Below, in pieces: positions 13,614 to 25,971 of a DNA stretch of 64,000 nt. The DNA is from Lytechinus pictus. Lineage: Eukaryota. Both the position numbers and the translations under genes were made by a program. Location: the NCBI RefSeq assembly GCF_037042905.1, contig NC_087245.1:31868001-31932000 (forward strand). Direction: 5' to 3'. The stretch's first letter is position 1; every line of letters begins with the position of its first letter. Under the pieces are notes generated by a model that made no database searches, was not told the origin of the DNA, and was given only the letters and a program-made list of their open reading frames with translations.

Positions 13614-13896
13614 GGCTCGTTTTCTGAAGTGGGGTCTTACTTAAACCACAGTCTAATTCTGTCTTTAACCTATGGGTAGTCATTACTATGTGGCACAAAC
13701 TTCTTAAAGTTGAAATTCTTTTTGAAAGTGATGTTAACATATTTTCTCAACGTTTAAATCTTGGGTAAAGAACATAGTAAAACAGGAGAAACGCATGTAT
13801 GCAATATCAAAAATTGAAACAGTTTTGGCTTCCCATAATTTTTTAGTACCGAGTCAGACCATGGTCTAAGATAGAATGGGCTTGAGAATCAGGGCC
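13614..13896. mobile_element. Decayed PIF/Harbinger-like MITE
   Basis: Imperfect TIRs GGCTCGTTTTCTGAAG / CTTGAGAATCAGGGCC with inner accac.gtctaa and agaccatggtctaa motifs. Confidence 0.5.
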
Positions 13897-16161
13897 ACCA
13901 TGTCTGTATGTCGCAAAAAGACAATGTATATATATCCCTTACGTTTGAGCTAGGAAGCTCTGGTCGGAATGGTCCGCAGGGAGTGGAGAAGGCGCATTCA
14001 TTGTGAGCGGGCGAGATGACAGGGGTCCCGTAACACCAAGGTTAGCGTACACTTGATTTTCACAGTTGATTGTACATTGTAGTCAATACAATCAATCGTA
14101 GAAAAGTTTCTAAGATCATTGCTAAGCTTTATTTTACGGTCCTCAAATAATAAATCATGCTATGAAATAGAAACACTGCGCGCTCGATGTAATAAGCGTA
14201 AGATATAAGTTGAATAGCATTATTATCAGCAGTAGCATTGCATGAATAATTAGACCGTTCTTAAAGACTCATATCTTTGTTTGTTTAAACAATATTTCAA
14301 CAGGGTACCCTTTCAGCAAAAAGCTGGTATTAAAAGGGGCCCTAAAAGCATGAAAACAAAACAACGATTTTACAAATGATTAAAATATACAAAGTAAATA
14401 CATTATATATACATATTTGGAACGTCTGAATCATTAAAGTAGTTGAAACACGAGAATCATTGACAGTATAACAATTGCCGGACATGATAAATGATTTGAG
14501 CTCTTTTTTATTTTTACTAGAGAGGGTGGTTAGGGGTGAAGGAGTAAGGGGGATAGGGGTGAGAAATTAAACAGCAAGGTTTGTAATATCAGTGTATTTT
14601 ACGATGAATAAGATCATGAAGATGCTATCAAAATTTGATCTCTCTTGATAAAGTAAAAATTCTGTTAATAATAGTCTAAGAAACTATTGTCATGTTGATG
14701 ATATTGTTCATGGGTGCTTTATTAATATTAATGTATCAGGCAGATAAAGGACAAACAATATGAATATCTTGAAAATATGCATGGTAGAAATGCATCATAT
14801 ATACATATTCATATAAATAGATAGCGAGTGTACTTTAATCATGATAATGTATATTTTTAGATCAATCTATTGAATGAATAAGATCAGTGATTATAATGAA
14901 TATAAAATCGTAATGATAAAAAATGTATGATAATCTCATAAATAAGTGTATGAATGCATGAATTGATAAATGATCAGAATAACAGAACCAATGTTTAATA
15001 GAATAAATTAATAAATATTATCAGTAATCAATAATAGTATTCCGTACTTAAATGACGTACGATTTGTTACGCTATTTTTAAATATGTATTGGATTCCAAA
15101 TGACTTGGGCTCTAGACGAATTAAAGAGCCCTATTTATTTTTGGGATAAATTGATTAATAAATACTCGTATATGAATGAATAATATAGAAACGAAATATA
15201 TCAGTGTACAAAACGTTCAAGGCATGACTTTTAGATGTTGGCTCTCGACCAGATTTTTTTACCCACGTTTTTATGCGCCCGACATGGCCTCTTTTCCAAC
15301 CCACAAGTGATCCGTTAAAAACCTCTTTCATTATTTTCTCCCCAAGCATTTCTCTATCACGACAAGATGTCTAACATGTTGATTTATGTGTCCCTGTATT
15401 GCTAGGTTTCCTATATTGAAAGGGAGTTAAAAAGCAATTTTCAAGAAATAAATCACAATCCTGATCAAAAGGGGATTGTTTCTTTTAATCAAAAGTGGAA
15501 ATTTATGATATACCGTTTTCATGAACGAAAGAAACAAAGAACAACATACATAAAGACATCGTCCAATTTTAAATGTTATACTTTATAACATCCGCACTCG
15601 AACTGCACAGACAATTGTATCTATCATTTTTCGAGGACAAACCATGTTCCAATTTTATATACTTTCAGTATATAGCAAGCACCACACTGGTACAATATCT
15701 TTCTAGCCGTCAATCAAGAGAAAATAGTGTTACAGGAAATTGAAATAAATTGATATGAAATCTTTTGAATATTTTCTTTGGTGAAAGCTGAAAATATTCT
15801 TGATTGTTGGTATCGCGAATGACACTTATTCTGAAGCACAGAGAACAATAAATCATTTTCAGAGAGCAAAATGATCGAATTTCAGTTTTTACGATGATTA
15901 CTCCCATATACCTGGTTTCATCAGGCTGATGGGAATTTAAGGAGAGTGAATGTTAAAAACAAAATAAAAAGTAACGAAAAAAGATAAGAGAGGGGGAAGG
16001 GTGATTGAATGATACATAAGAGGGATTGAAAATGGAAAGAGACATACGGAGAGAGACTACGGAATGGAAGGGAATGGAATCTAGAATAGAGGGAGGAATG
16101 GAGAGGGAAAGCGAGAGAGGGAAAGTGAGAGAGGGGGGAGGGGGATGGAAGAGAGATAAAG

Positions 16162-16340
16162 CAGTGGCGGATTCAGCTAGGGGCTCATCTTGCCCGTGCC
16201 CCCCCCCCCCACTTTGATAAGCACCAACATTGATGTTTTAGGGGAATATGTCATGCATGCCATGTCACATATTTTTTGTTTGCTATTTTTTTTCCTGTAC
16301 AGAAATGCCCCCCCCTTGGAAAACCCTGGATCCACCCCTG
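16162..16340. mobile_element. hAT-like MITE with degenerate 8-bp TSD
   Basis: TIR CAGTGGCGGATTCAG / CTGGATCCACCCCTG; flanks AGATAAAG / ACATAGAG (6/8). Confidence 0.7.
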
Positions 16341-16940
16341 ACATAGAGTGGGGGGTATGAAATTGGGAGAGGTATACTAGATGAAAAATGGATAGTGAGC
16401 GATACGGAGAGAGAGTGGGGAGGAAGAGAAAGAGAGGTGGAGAGAGGGAGATGGCGGAAACTCTTTAGAAGTTATAACGATATTCTTCTTTTCCATGAAT
16501 ATATCTTTTATCTATAGTTACTCTGAAACTCCGAATCCCCCTGCTTTGACATATCACTTAAATTTCTTTTTTCTCCTTGAAATATAATGCTTTTGAAAAT
16601 TGCATATCCATAATACTTAACCAAATCAATCAAAGTGATAATGAAAGCCTCTGCAAAGTTAAAAGTACTTCCATTCAACTCGTGAAAACGTGTCTACACT
16701 TTGAGTGAAGAGTATAATACTCTCATTTGCGCGGGAAAGCTTTTGCAATTACGCCGCTTCATCCATCAGCAACATGAACCTGCACACCTCCGCATTCTTT
16801 TGTATGAAACTCTTCTTTTTCTCGAATTTAAAGAGCACATTAATGTGAAATTGAGGTTGTAATGGTAGACCAACTTATACCCGACGTCATATTATTGTGG
16901 AGCTCAAATGGGGTATTATTTTTACGAAATAGAGTGTATA

Positions 16941-17409
16941 CAGTGCGTCAATAACAAGCTTACACTTTGAAAAAAAGTCCTGGGAACTTAAAAAATTTAC
17001 AACATGGGGATATTTTTTTATATAATTTATTCTTTGGTTTAGGTCTCATCTATTAAACGAAAGTTACAGTTTAAACAGAATGTTACACTTGAGTGAGCAC
17101 TGTCCATATTTGTAAAGCAAAAATCAGTTTGCGCAGAAATGCTCATTTTTACGCCGTGTCGAGGAAAAAAGGCGAAAACTGACCGTGCGATACATTTCTC
17201 ATACATTTCTTGTGCATTTTTAGCCAATTGCAATAAAACAGATACATTTAATCGTTTTTTAACATTGCCATCCGATTAACATTTCAACCCTAGGTAAGCA
17301 TAACATTTACCTTTCTTTGTGTCAGCTGTATCCGATGACATAATGAATGTAAACAAAAGTTTATTTCAAACATCTCCAGCATTTTTTCACTAATTTTTTA
17401 TACGCACTG
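16941..17409. mobile_element. Tc1/mariner-like non-autonomous element (TA TSD), internally deleted relative of 30257-31622
   Basis: TA-CAGTGCGT...ACGCACTG-TA; 17120-17395 matches the reverse complement of ~31343-31622. Confidence 0.8.
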
Positions 17410-17544
17410 TATAAAGAGTTGTTTCTATGCCGTCTAGAATTAGTATGATGTTCATTAATGGCTTGTCATCGCCTCATCATATCTATTACAAAGAGGATGA
17501 AAGCGAAGGAGAGGCGCGTGTTTGCGTTTCCAACCATATACCTA

Positions 17545-17733
17545 CACTATAAAAAACAGAGTAAAATTTTACCCAATATTGGGTAGAAAGGGAACATGCA
17601 CGTTTGCTGGGTATTTTTTTTCCCAAATATTGGGCTATTTCAACACGACATTGCGTAAAATTTATTTTTACCGAACCAACATGCATGCATGTTCCCATTT
17701 TACCCAATATTGGGTAAACCTTTTTTTAGAGTG
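17545..17733. mobile_element. CACT-type MITE, TA TSD
   Basis: TA-CACTATAAAAAA...TTTTTTAGAGTG-TA; subterminal palindrome TACCCAATATTGGGTA at both ends. Confidence 0.85.
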
Positions 17734-19396
17734 TATTATCAATGACATTAACTTCTCAGTTAATTTGGTGACTATGTTCCAGTCCTAAACAAAAGATAGG
17801 AAGAAAAGTAGCTTAAATTGAAGAGATTATATTTCCCTTTTTTTCAATAATTGATCCCGTTTATATTATCACTTTCTAACCTTTTGCTCAAAGAAATCTG
17901 ACGGCGCGCCGCGACAGTGAAAATTATATTTTGAAGTGCTTTATGTGTGTGTGAATGGGCGGGATGTGTGTTTGCAGGGAGGGGGGATATGTCAAATGAT
18001 TTACGTAAGCCAAACTGAACTCAATAAGAACTGTCTGGGTGCAACTTTGAATGGTCTCCAAATAGTTTATATATCCCATCTGTCCTTAAGTTGCTTATTT
18101 GCTTCTCTAAATATTATTAATTTTATATCTATCCTTTTATTTGTTTACTATTAATTTACCTTAAGCTCATGATTAATCTCTTGCCTTTGTATTACCCTCA
18201 TTCATAATTATGTTGATCTTTTATCAATTTAGCTGACCGCTTCCATTCCAAGTATTCAAATTGGTTAAGAAATGTCCCACAGGATACATACAAGTACATG
18301 TAACTGGTATATATAAAAATATACATTTCATTGATTTTATTGGAAGGCTCTCATTCCCACTTCTTTCTCACACACTCTCTCCACCGTCTCCTTCTTTCTC
18401 TCTCTCTGATTATCCCTCCTTCTCTGCATGCCCCCCTTTTACCTCTCACTCTCTGCATTTATCTCTCATTCACATTAATATACAGTTTCACTTTTTCATC
18501 TTCTTTTCTCTCATGTCTATTTCCTATTACCAGAAATCAAATTACATTATAGATTGCCACGATTTGCAACACTATACCCCCCTCTCTATGCTTCTCTCCG
18601 ATTCGTACCCCTCTTCACTTCCCTCCCTTCTCCCCCTCCTTACATGTTCCCTCTCTTTCACTTTCCCAATCCTTACCCCTTCTTCCTAATTTTTCATCAA
18701 TGTTGCCCTGAATCAAACATTCTGTGCTCGGAGTATTTCCTTTCTCAGCGCAATCTGCGTTGTTTCATCAAAATAGGTCGATGGAATAAAAACACAATAT
18801 AGTCTACAGAAAAGCGCCAGGGATAGCCACGTGATCCGTTCCAGAACTGTTATGACACACCTCATAACCTGGGGGATTAAGAGGGGTGTAATGTAACCCC
18901 CTCCTAAGGCTAGAGAATGGGAGCATGAACCCCTTTGCTCGAGCTATTAAACGTGCCCTCTTTCCCCGCCATATTTTTAGCTTCATTCAGTGCACGTATT
19001 GATGATAGCTAGATCGATGGGAAACATAGAGCATGACTTTTCGACACCTTCTCTACAACTAGGCCAAGGACCGGTGTCTCCGAGGGTGTGATACTATGAT
19101 ACACACTTCAACAGAAGTCTTTCTATACAACTCGAGACTGTGTCCTCTTTATCACTGAGAAATTAGTTACCGATTGATGATTGAACATAGGTTTACTTCT
19201 CCTACTCTGACTCTAAAATCTTTCTTTTTTTCCTCGCTGTAAGCTGAATACAGTTTTGAGATGGTGTCTTTCTTCGTGCTGATTTTATCTCCATCATCAT
19301 CACAATCGTCATCATTGCACACTACCACAATTTCAACCACCTATACTTCTCTAAGTCAGTAACTACAAGTACTGTAACTTTTGCTGCTACAAATAC

Positions 19397-19440
19397 TGCT
19401 GCTGCTGCTGCTGCTACTACTACTAATACTACTACTACTT

Positions 19441-19471
<31 letters not shown>

Positions 19472-19519
19472 TACTACTACTTCTATACTACTTCTACTTC
19501 CATACTTCTACTACTACTA
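19397..19519. repeat. (GCT)n/(ACT)n compound microsatellite
   Basis: Visible directly; ACT-rich sequence resumes after the gap. Confidence 0.9.
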
Positions 19520-19782
19520 CACTGTTAGACAAATTATCCTTAAAATAAAAGAAGTTCCTGCAGCAGAGTCTCGAGAACACCTGCAATCCTACCAGATTGC
19601 GTAATCTTACAGGAAATTGGTATTTGGTGTATGAATCTTACAAATTTCCTTGAATAAAACACCCTTTTCACCTTTTTAAACAGACCTGTTCTGCTAAATT
19701 GCAGAAAAATTCCTGTTTTATGAATTTACAGAATGATTCTGTTATTGCTTTCTGCAAAATCTTTTTTCCCTGTAAAATCACG
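19520..19782. mobile_element. Left part of a CACTG-type MITE inserted in the (CTA)n tract, running into the gap
   Basis: TA-CACTGTTAGA start; recurrent ttacag/ctgta motifs; right end not visible. Confidence 0.5.
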
Positions 19783-19956
19783 NNNNNNNNNNNNNNNNNN
19801 NNNNNNNNNNNNNNNNNNNNNNNNNNNNNNNNNNNNNNNNNNNNNNNNNNNNNNNNNNNNNNNNNNNNNNNNNNNNNNNNNNNNNNNNNNNNNNNNNNNN
19901 NNNNNNNNNNNNNNNNNNNNNNNNNNNNNNNNNNNNNNNNNNNNNNNNNNNNNNNN
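19783..19956. other. Assembly gap (174 N)
   Basis: Run of n. Confidence 1.
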
Positions 19957-20804
19957 ACTACATCACTCCTACTACCATCAATACTACCACTACGTCTTCA
20001 TTTACTTCCCCTGCTTCTTCTTTTTTGTTTTGTTACTTATCCTTCTCTTACTACGACTACTACTTCTCCATCTTCTTCTTCCTCATAATCATCATCATCT
20101 TCTTCTTTTTCTTCTTCTTCATCTAATGCCATATTGCTAGTACTATGACTGCGATATAATGAAACCAGGCAAGATGGCCGGAAGAATTGATGTCATTTTC
20201 ATATTGATTGAATAAATAACAAGAGTATTAAAAGTTAAGACCTCCCAATGCTCTTTCTTAAAATACATTTCTTCATGTTTCTTCCCTTTTTATTCGCATT
20301 CTCTTCACCCTCTCATCGCTTCTTGAAAATCCATAGGGAACGTGGTTGCCCCTGTTCCCCTTCAGCACCACTCCTTACCCCCCCCCCCCAAGAACCAGAT
20401 GCACCCCACCCGAAATCCGCACAACCACTTTCAATTCTGATATTTGCATCATACCCCTAGCTTCTACCACCTTCAGTCACCCATGACCTATTTTTTCTGA
20501 TGGAATTCTGTTCTATTTTCGAGTACTCACCTTGTTACGTATAACTCTTTCCTATCTGTCATCGAGATATAATAAGAACGGTTTACCGAGCGCTGCTATA
20601 CCCTTAAAAATAATACCCCCCTCAGGAAACTTCGTGCTCAGGATCGGAGTTTTAGAGTATCTACATTACACGAACGGTCTTTAATGCATTAAACTATTTC
20701 TACGGATACATTAATGACCCCCCCCCCCTCATCCATCCAGACCGTTTGAAGTCACAAAAGTATGCCGTTCATTGGTGCCATGCCAATCTCATATCAGTCT
20801 TTTA

Positions 20805-21015
20805 GGGCGTTGCAAGAAACTTGCGATCAATTGCAAGTCTATTTTCGTTCCCGAAATCAAGCACATGCCGTGCAATTAATTGCAAATTTGCGATTGATCG
20901 CCATTCTGCTCCTTGAAACAAGGAGTGTAATCTAATATGCTATAGTTAGAGGTGATCAATCAATTGTAAAGATAATATTTGCGATTGATTGCAAATATTG
21001 TCTTGCAACAGCCCC
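20805..21015. mobile_element. PIF/Harbinger-like MITE, TTA TSD
   Basis: TTA-GGGCGTTGCAAGA...TCTTGCAACAGCCCC-TTA; inner ttgcgatcaattgcaa / ttgcgattgattgcaa. Confidence 0.75.
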
Positions 21016-21139
21016 TTAGAATGGTTGCTGTCATAATTTGTTTTGTAGAAAAAAAGAAAATTTGAAAAGCGTTCAAAACTAAACATTGGGTAATTATATT
21101 TGCCTTTCTTGAATAATAATAGGCATACTATTATCATGA

Positions 21140-21321
21140 TTATTACCCCGGCTGTAGCTTGAGCTGCCCTTGACAGCGGGTACCCATTCACCTCACCTTG
21201 GTTGAGTGCAGCAGAATGTTGGTCAATTTCTTGCTGAATGAAATTACACCATGGCTGGGATTCGAACCCACCGTCCCCGATTTTCAAAGCCAGGAAACTA
21301 CTCCACTGGGCCAAAACGCTC
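21140..21321 (-). mobile_element. tRNA-derived SINE
   Basis: Minus strand reads box A TGGCCCAGTGG, box B GGGTTCGAATCCC, then a central domain cagcaagaaatt..gctgcactcaaccaaggtg..aatgggtacc. Confidence 0.8.
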
Positions 21322-22088
21322 ATATAAGACTAATAATCAACTTTGGGGAAAATGAAGAATTCAGTATTTTAATTCTAATGTGCTCACATATCTTTAATTC
21401 TTGTTAAAAGTATATGTTGCTAATCAAAACATCTAATTTTCAGCATTCTCCCAGCAATGACTGACTCTTGGCCCCTTCTATATTGTCGCTATAAAGGGCA
21501 ATTCCACACTAGAACTTCAAAAATATCATCAATTTCAACATGCTTTCAATGATACCTAAATTTCATGAAAATTATGAATTTTAATCAAAAGGGAAGTCAG
21601 ATATAGTTTTTTTTTAGGGAAACATTGGAATTTCCAATTTTCAATAATTTTCCTGATTGAATAGTCAAGTACAAACACTGCCTGAAACCAATAATTGAAC
21701 AAGCACAAGAAGATTGAAAATATTGCAGGTCAATGGAATAATGTATCATTGATGGTTCCAAATAATACCTACAACATTTTCATGATCCTTAATAGGGGCA
21801 GCCCTGATTTTCCGTACTTTATTGGAAATGTCCCGTACGACACACGAAAATGCAAAAGTTTATCCAACACTTTTGTTTTTGATGATGCAATCTTACGATA
21901 TCAGTTTCTCTATCTTTGACCCATAGGTGATTGATCCTATAAGGATCTAATTACTACCCTTCATTTTTCAATAACTGTCCTGTTAAAAATTATCCCGTTC
22001 GACACACAATACATACTGCATTTCATTGCAGGATTTGAATTCAGAAACTATAAACAGTAGGCATATTTGAATTTAAGTAATTGATATA

Positions 22089-22167
22089 ATAATAATAATA
22101 ATATCGGCATATTTACCCAGGGTAGCCACTTCAGTTCCGAAAACTGTTCTCCCAGCGGGCCCTGCTA
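22089..22167 (-). mobile_element. SINE/LINE 3' tail fragment, shared with 51439-51520 (+) and 52677-52810 (-)
   Basis: atatttacc.agggtagccact.cagttccgaaaactgttctcccagcgggccc is nearly identical at both minus-strand sites, preceded by (AAT)n. Confidence 0.8.
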
Positions 22168-22982
22168 TCAAATTGATTTGACATTAAGTGAACTAAATAG
22201 GTATTTTTTCATCTCCAGAGAACATGAAATAGGTGATTTTAATCATTTTAGTTGAATTCATGTAGGCCTATTCTTTTATGAATCCCTTCAGCTAAACTGG
22301 TGATTTCATTGGTCAGAGCTGGTTAATTTCTTTGTCATTGAGCATGAAAAGAAAATCTTTATAATTAATTTGCCCTAGCATGAAACAGGATTGCCTCTTG
22401 CATGCTAAATTGTGAATTTATTATAACATGAACAAAAAAGATTTACATATCAATCATCTATTTGGACCTCTCTTGATGATCACTATTTTTATATATATAT
22501 ATCGAAACTCCTTACTTTTCTCAAGATGTAAAAAAAATACAAAAGTAAAATCGTATTTCTTTAGAAAAAATATAATGTTGTGGAATTACAAGTGGACAGT
22601 TGTGACATATACATGTATATAAATTTTATATGAAAAATCATAACACTTTAGCCCCATAATTTACACAAACACAGTTTCATTCATTCATTCATTTATTCAT
22701 TCATTCATTCATTCAATGTTTAAATAATACAATTGGAAATCATCGCTAAATTCACTAAAATTTAACTTCACACAAAACCCCAAATTTTATCTCTTAAAAA
22801 TGCTGTGAACCGTTGAACATTTCTCATCATGAAAAAATGATGATATATTGCTCCCGATTTTATATATAACGGATATTGGAATAAGGTTACATACATTGTC
22901 CTGAATGACTAGTTAAGGCTTTTCATTAAAAAGGAAGAATTTAGGTGCAATGCTCCTTTTCTGATTGATATAAAGTTAATTG

Positions 22983-23081
22983 CATGGACCTATCCACGGA
23001 GGATTATCTATTGTTACTGGGGGTGCTGTGACAATGCTCAGCACCCCCAACAATAGAATAATCCTCCGCGGATGGTCCATG
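22983..23081. mobile_element. 99-bp palindromic hAT-like MITE with perfect 8-bp TSD
   Basis: GTTAATTG-CATGGACC...GGTCCATG-GTTAATTG; the whole element folds back. Confidence 0.9.
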
Positions 23082-23823
23082 GTTAATTGTTTTATACAGG
23101 CTCTCCCGTACAGCTTTATTTAGTGTCCCGTAAGAAAAACAAGTGATATTTGTGATATATTAACATATATATTCAGCCAATGGCGGTTTCCAACATGATA
23201 AATGTCTTTCGTTTGATAGGATTATCATTATCAGCCATATTGATTGCTTAAAGAAGTTAAAGAGACATAAAGTAAGAAAGCTTGCCTTTAATTTAGAGAT
23301 GTCCGTACGACACATTTAGAGTGTTCCGTACGCCACAGTGTTCTCGAAAATTTTAATTTGCTTTATTTATTCATGAATGTTCATTTTGCATTCTTTCTAT
23401 GTGTGTTTTGGGATGATTGAATATCGATTTGAGTCCAGTTTTTATTAAAATTATATATGCAACTCACAGACTTTAAGAGTACAAACTTAAGGTTTCCAAA
23501 AACGTTTTTTCTGCGTCCAGTACGACACATTACTATTTTAAATCTGTATTATACAGGATGTGAATTCGAGTCATATAAAGTCTTGGTTAGTACTTGAGGA
23601 TCACCTATAGTTACTGGAATATTTTTTGTTTTTCTTGTCGAAAAACTGTCTAATGTTATCTGAATGTCTCATACGACACGTATGGAATCATCCTAAATGT
23701 TCAAATGCTTTCGTGCTGCCATTAATTTTGTCAAATAAATAACATGAGTAAATGATCTCGGTAGAATTTCATGAAAAGTTTAGTTCGTGACTTTTGCTTA
23801 CTTATTTGCATTCAGTCAATCAG

Positions 23824-23979
23824 GGAAGCGTTTCATCAGCATTTTTGTCGGACAAGTTGTCGGATCTGACAACTTTCTTTCATTTTGATTGGCTGAGAAG
23901 CACTGTTACTATGATAACTGTCGGATAAAATAGGACTTGTCAGATAAAACGTCATACAAATACTCTTATGAAACACTCC
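23824..23979. mobile_element. Harbinger-like MITE nested in a related older element (~23760-24055)
   Basis: TIR GGAAGCGTTTCAT / ATGAAACACTCC; family fragments at ~13090-13165, 54140-54200 and 58490-58578 share gattggctga.aagcactgtt or ccaatcaga..tttcagtagctt. Confidence 0.6.
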
Positions 23980-24474
23980 AATGATGCACAGATTTTAGTA
24001 GCTTGTAACATCTGTCGATGAACGTCAATGACCAAACTCTTCTGAAACACTTTCCAGATCAGCTTTGGATCTTCAAAGCTTAAGGGTATTAAAGGCAGTC
24101 GAAGATGGATACACGGTATTACCGGGTCTAAGAATAGAGTGTCTTGTTCAGGAATCCAGTACCTTCCTAGATATTAAAGCACAGGTAGCATTTTGTAGTA
24201 GGAGGAAATGCATTTCGACGCCCATGCGCTATGAGTTTGCATCTGATGGAAATATCAGAACTTGAAATTCAAGTTTAAATACAATTTAATTGACAAACGC
24301 TATCGTTTCATCGGCATAATCTGTAGGAAGAATGTGAATTTGAAAGGGTGCAATAGAAAGAAAGAAAGAGAGAGAGAGGGAGAGAGAGAAGAAGAGAGAG
24401 AGGATGAGGGGGGATAAGCTGAATAAGTATAAATAACATAATCGCCATAATCATTAGTGAAGATACTGTTTTTG

Positions 24475-24560
24475 AGTTATCTAAGGCATCTGACTTCACA
24501 CATAAAAGACCGGGTTCGATTCACGGCACGGCGCCTACGCCCCTGGGCAATATCTACATT
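24475..24560 (+). mobile_element. Decayed tRNA-derived SINE head
   Basis: Box-B-like CCGGGTTCGATTCACGG followed by cacggc.cct..gccc.tgggcaa; similar to 36465-36510. Confidence 0.5.
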
Positions 24561-25332
24561 ACACCTTTCTTATTAAAAAGCGAAAATACCAAATGCATTA
24601 GGGAAGCACATATTTGCAAGTATAAAAGGAAATGATAAAATTGTGGTTTATTTCGATAAAATGCAAATTGTGTTAATAATGTGATCAATATGGATATGTT
24701 CATATCTAATAGAGATATCAGCTTTCCGAGTCAAATACCGAAAAGGAAATGATATAAAATTAGTTTTTGCATAATACATTGAAATCTTTCACAAAATTAG
24801 CTCGTTCATTTTTTAGGGTCAAATTTTGTCCTCACTCGCCCCTCTCTCTCTCCTACTATTTAACTTTTCCCTGACACCATTCTCTTCCCCCTCAGTTTAA
24901 AAAAAAACTATTTCTGTGGCTGCTCTTAAGGGTTTGCATGTTGAAAAAAAAATATGTGAAAAGAATATCAATAAGATTATTATTGGCATCGTCGTGATTT
25001 TAAAGAAAAATGAAGAGATTTCAATACCAAAGAAGGAGATTGTGTAGACGGGGTGCTAAGACTAGGGATGTCTCTGAGAAATAAGACGCAGATCATTTAT
25101 TTCCCACACCCTAGGGTGAACCGATCTTTTTAAATGATTGCTGGGAGAGTTAAAAGTAGATGGTTTCTCTTTTGACTTGATGACTATCCTACAGCATATG
25201 TACATGGTCGTAGGAAATAGGGGCAAAGGTATTATAGCAGAGAAGGAGGGATGAGAGTGGTGAGGAATAGATGAAGATGAAAAAATAATAGGAGAGAATG
25301 GGATGTAATGATGCCAGAATGGACGGGCGAAA

Positions 25333-25418
25333 AGGAAAGAAAGAAAGAAAGAAAGAAAGGAAGGAAGAAAGAAAGAAAGAAGGAAAGAAAGAAAGAAAGG
25401 AAGAAAAGAAAGAAAGAA
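25333..25418. repeat. (AAAG)n microsatellite
   Basis: Visible directly. Confidence 0.95.
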
Positions 25419-25923
25419 ACAAATCGGCTTAGACAAGGAATCTCACAGTGAGAGGAGAGAAGAGAGATAGAGAGAGAAAGAAAGAAATAAGGGGAGGTAG
25501 GTGGGGTGGTAAATAAGAGAGAGAGGGGGGGTGATGAGAGAGAGACACACACATACACAAAGAAGGGAAGAGATAGTCGGAAACAGGAGGTAAAGTTGAT
25601 TGAAATATATATAAACAGAAGAGAAAATTAAACATAAAAAATGCATTATCATATTGGTAATTTCACATCTACCGTAGATATCACAATATTGCATTCTTCT
25701 CTTGATATGAATTAATAAGCGACGTGTAGCTCTTTTGTGAGAAATGTATCATTATTTCTTCTAAATGAAGGAAATGTCTAGAAAATTCATATTAAGTTTT
25801 CTATTTTGCATGACCGAACTGACTTGTGCAAGTACCAAAAAAATATTTACTCCAAATGTTACGATGTTTTATTCAAAAATCAGGTGGCAGACAAATCGTG
25901 AGATGTGCGATGGACTTTACGCT

Positions 25924-25928
25924 CACAC

Positions 25929-25968
<40 letters not shown>
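25924..25968. repeat. (CA)n microsatellite
   Basis: Visible directly. Confidence 0.95.

Positions 25969-25971
<3 letters not shown>

Larger units (their letters stand above)
21496..23693. mobile_element. Old ~2.2-kb DNA transposon (ISL2EU/Harbinger-like ends) with a dispersed TCCCGTACGACAC motif and nested insertions
   Basis: Ends GGGCAATTCCACAC / GTATGGAATCATCC (10/14); motif at ~21830, 21993, 23104, 23125, 23301, 23324, 23515 and 23668; related right-end fragment at 31960-32165. Confidence 0.55.

Noticed and set aside
19699-20140. ORFs of 129 and 135 aa
   Set aside because: They span the N gap and low-complexity triplet repeats.
21245-21321. tRNA gene on the minus strand
   Set aside because: It has A and B boxes but no convincing cloverleaf, and it continues into a SINE body.
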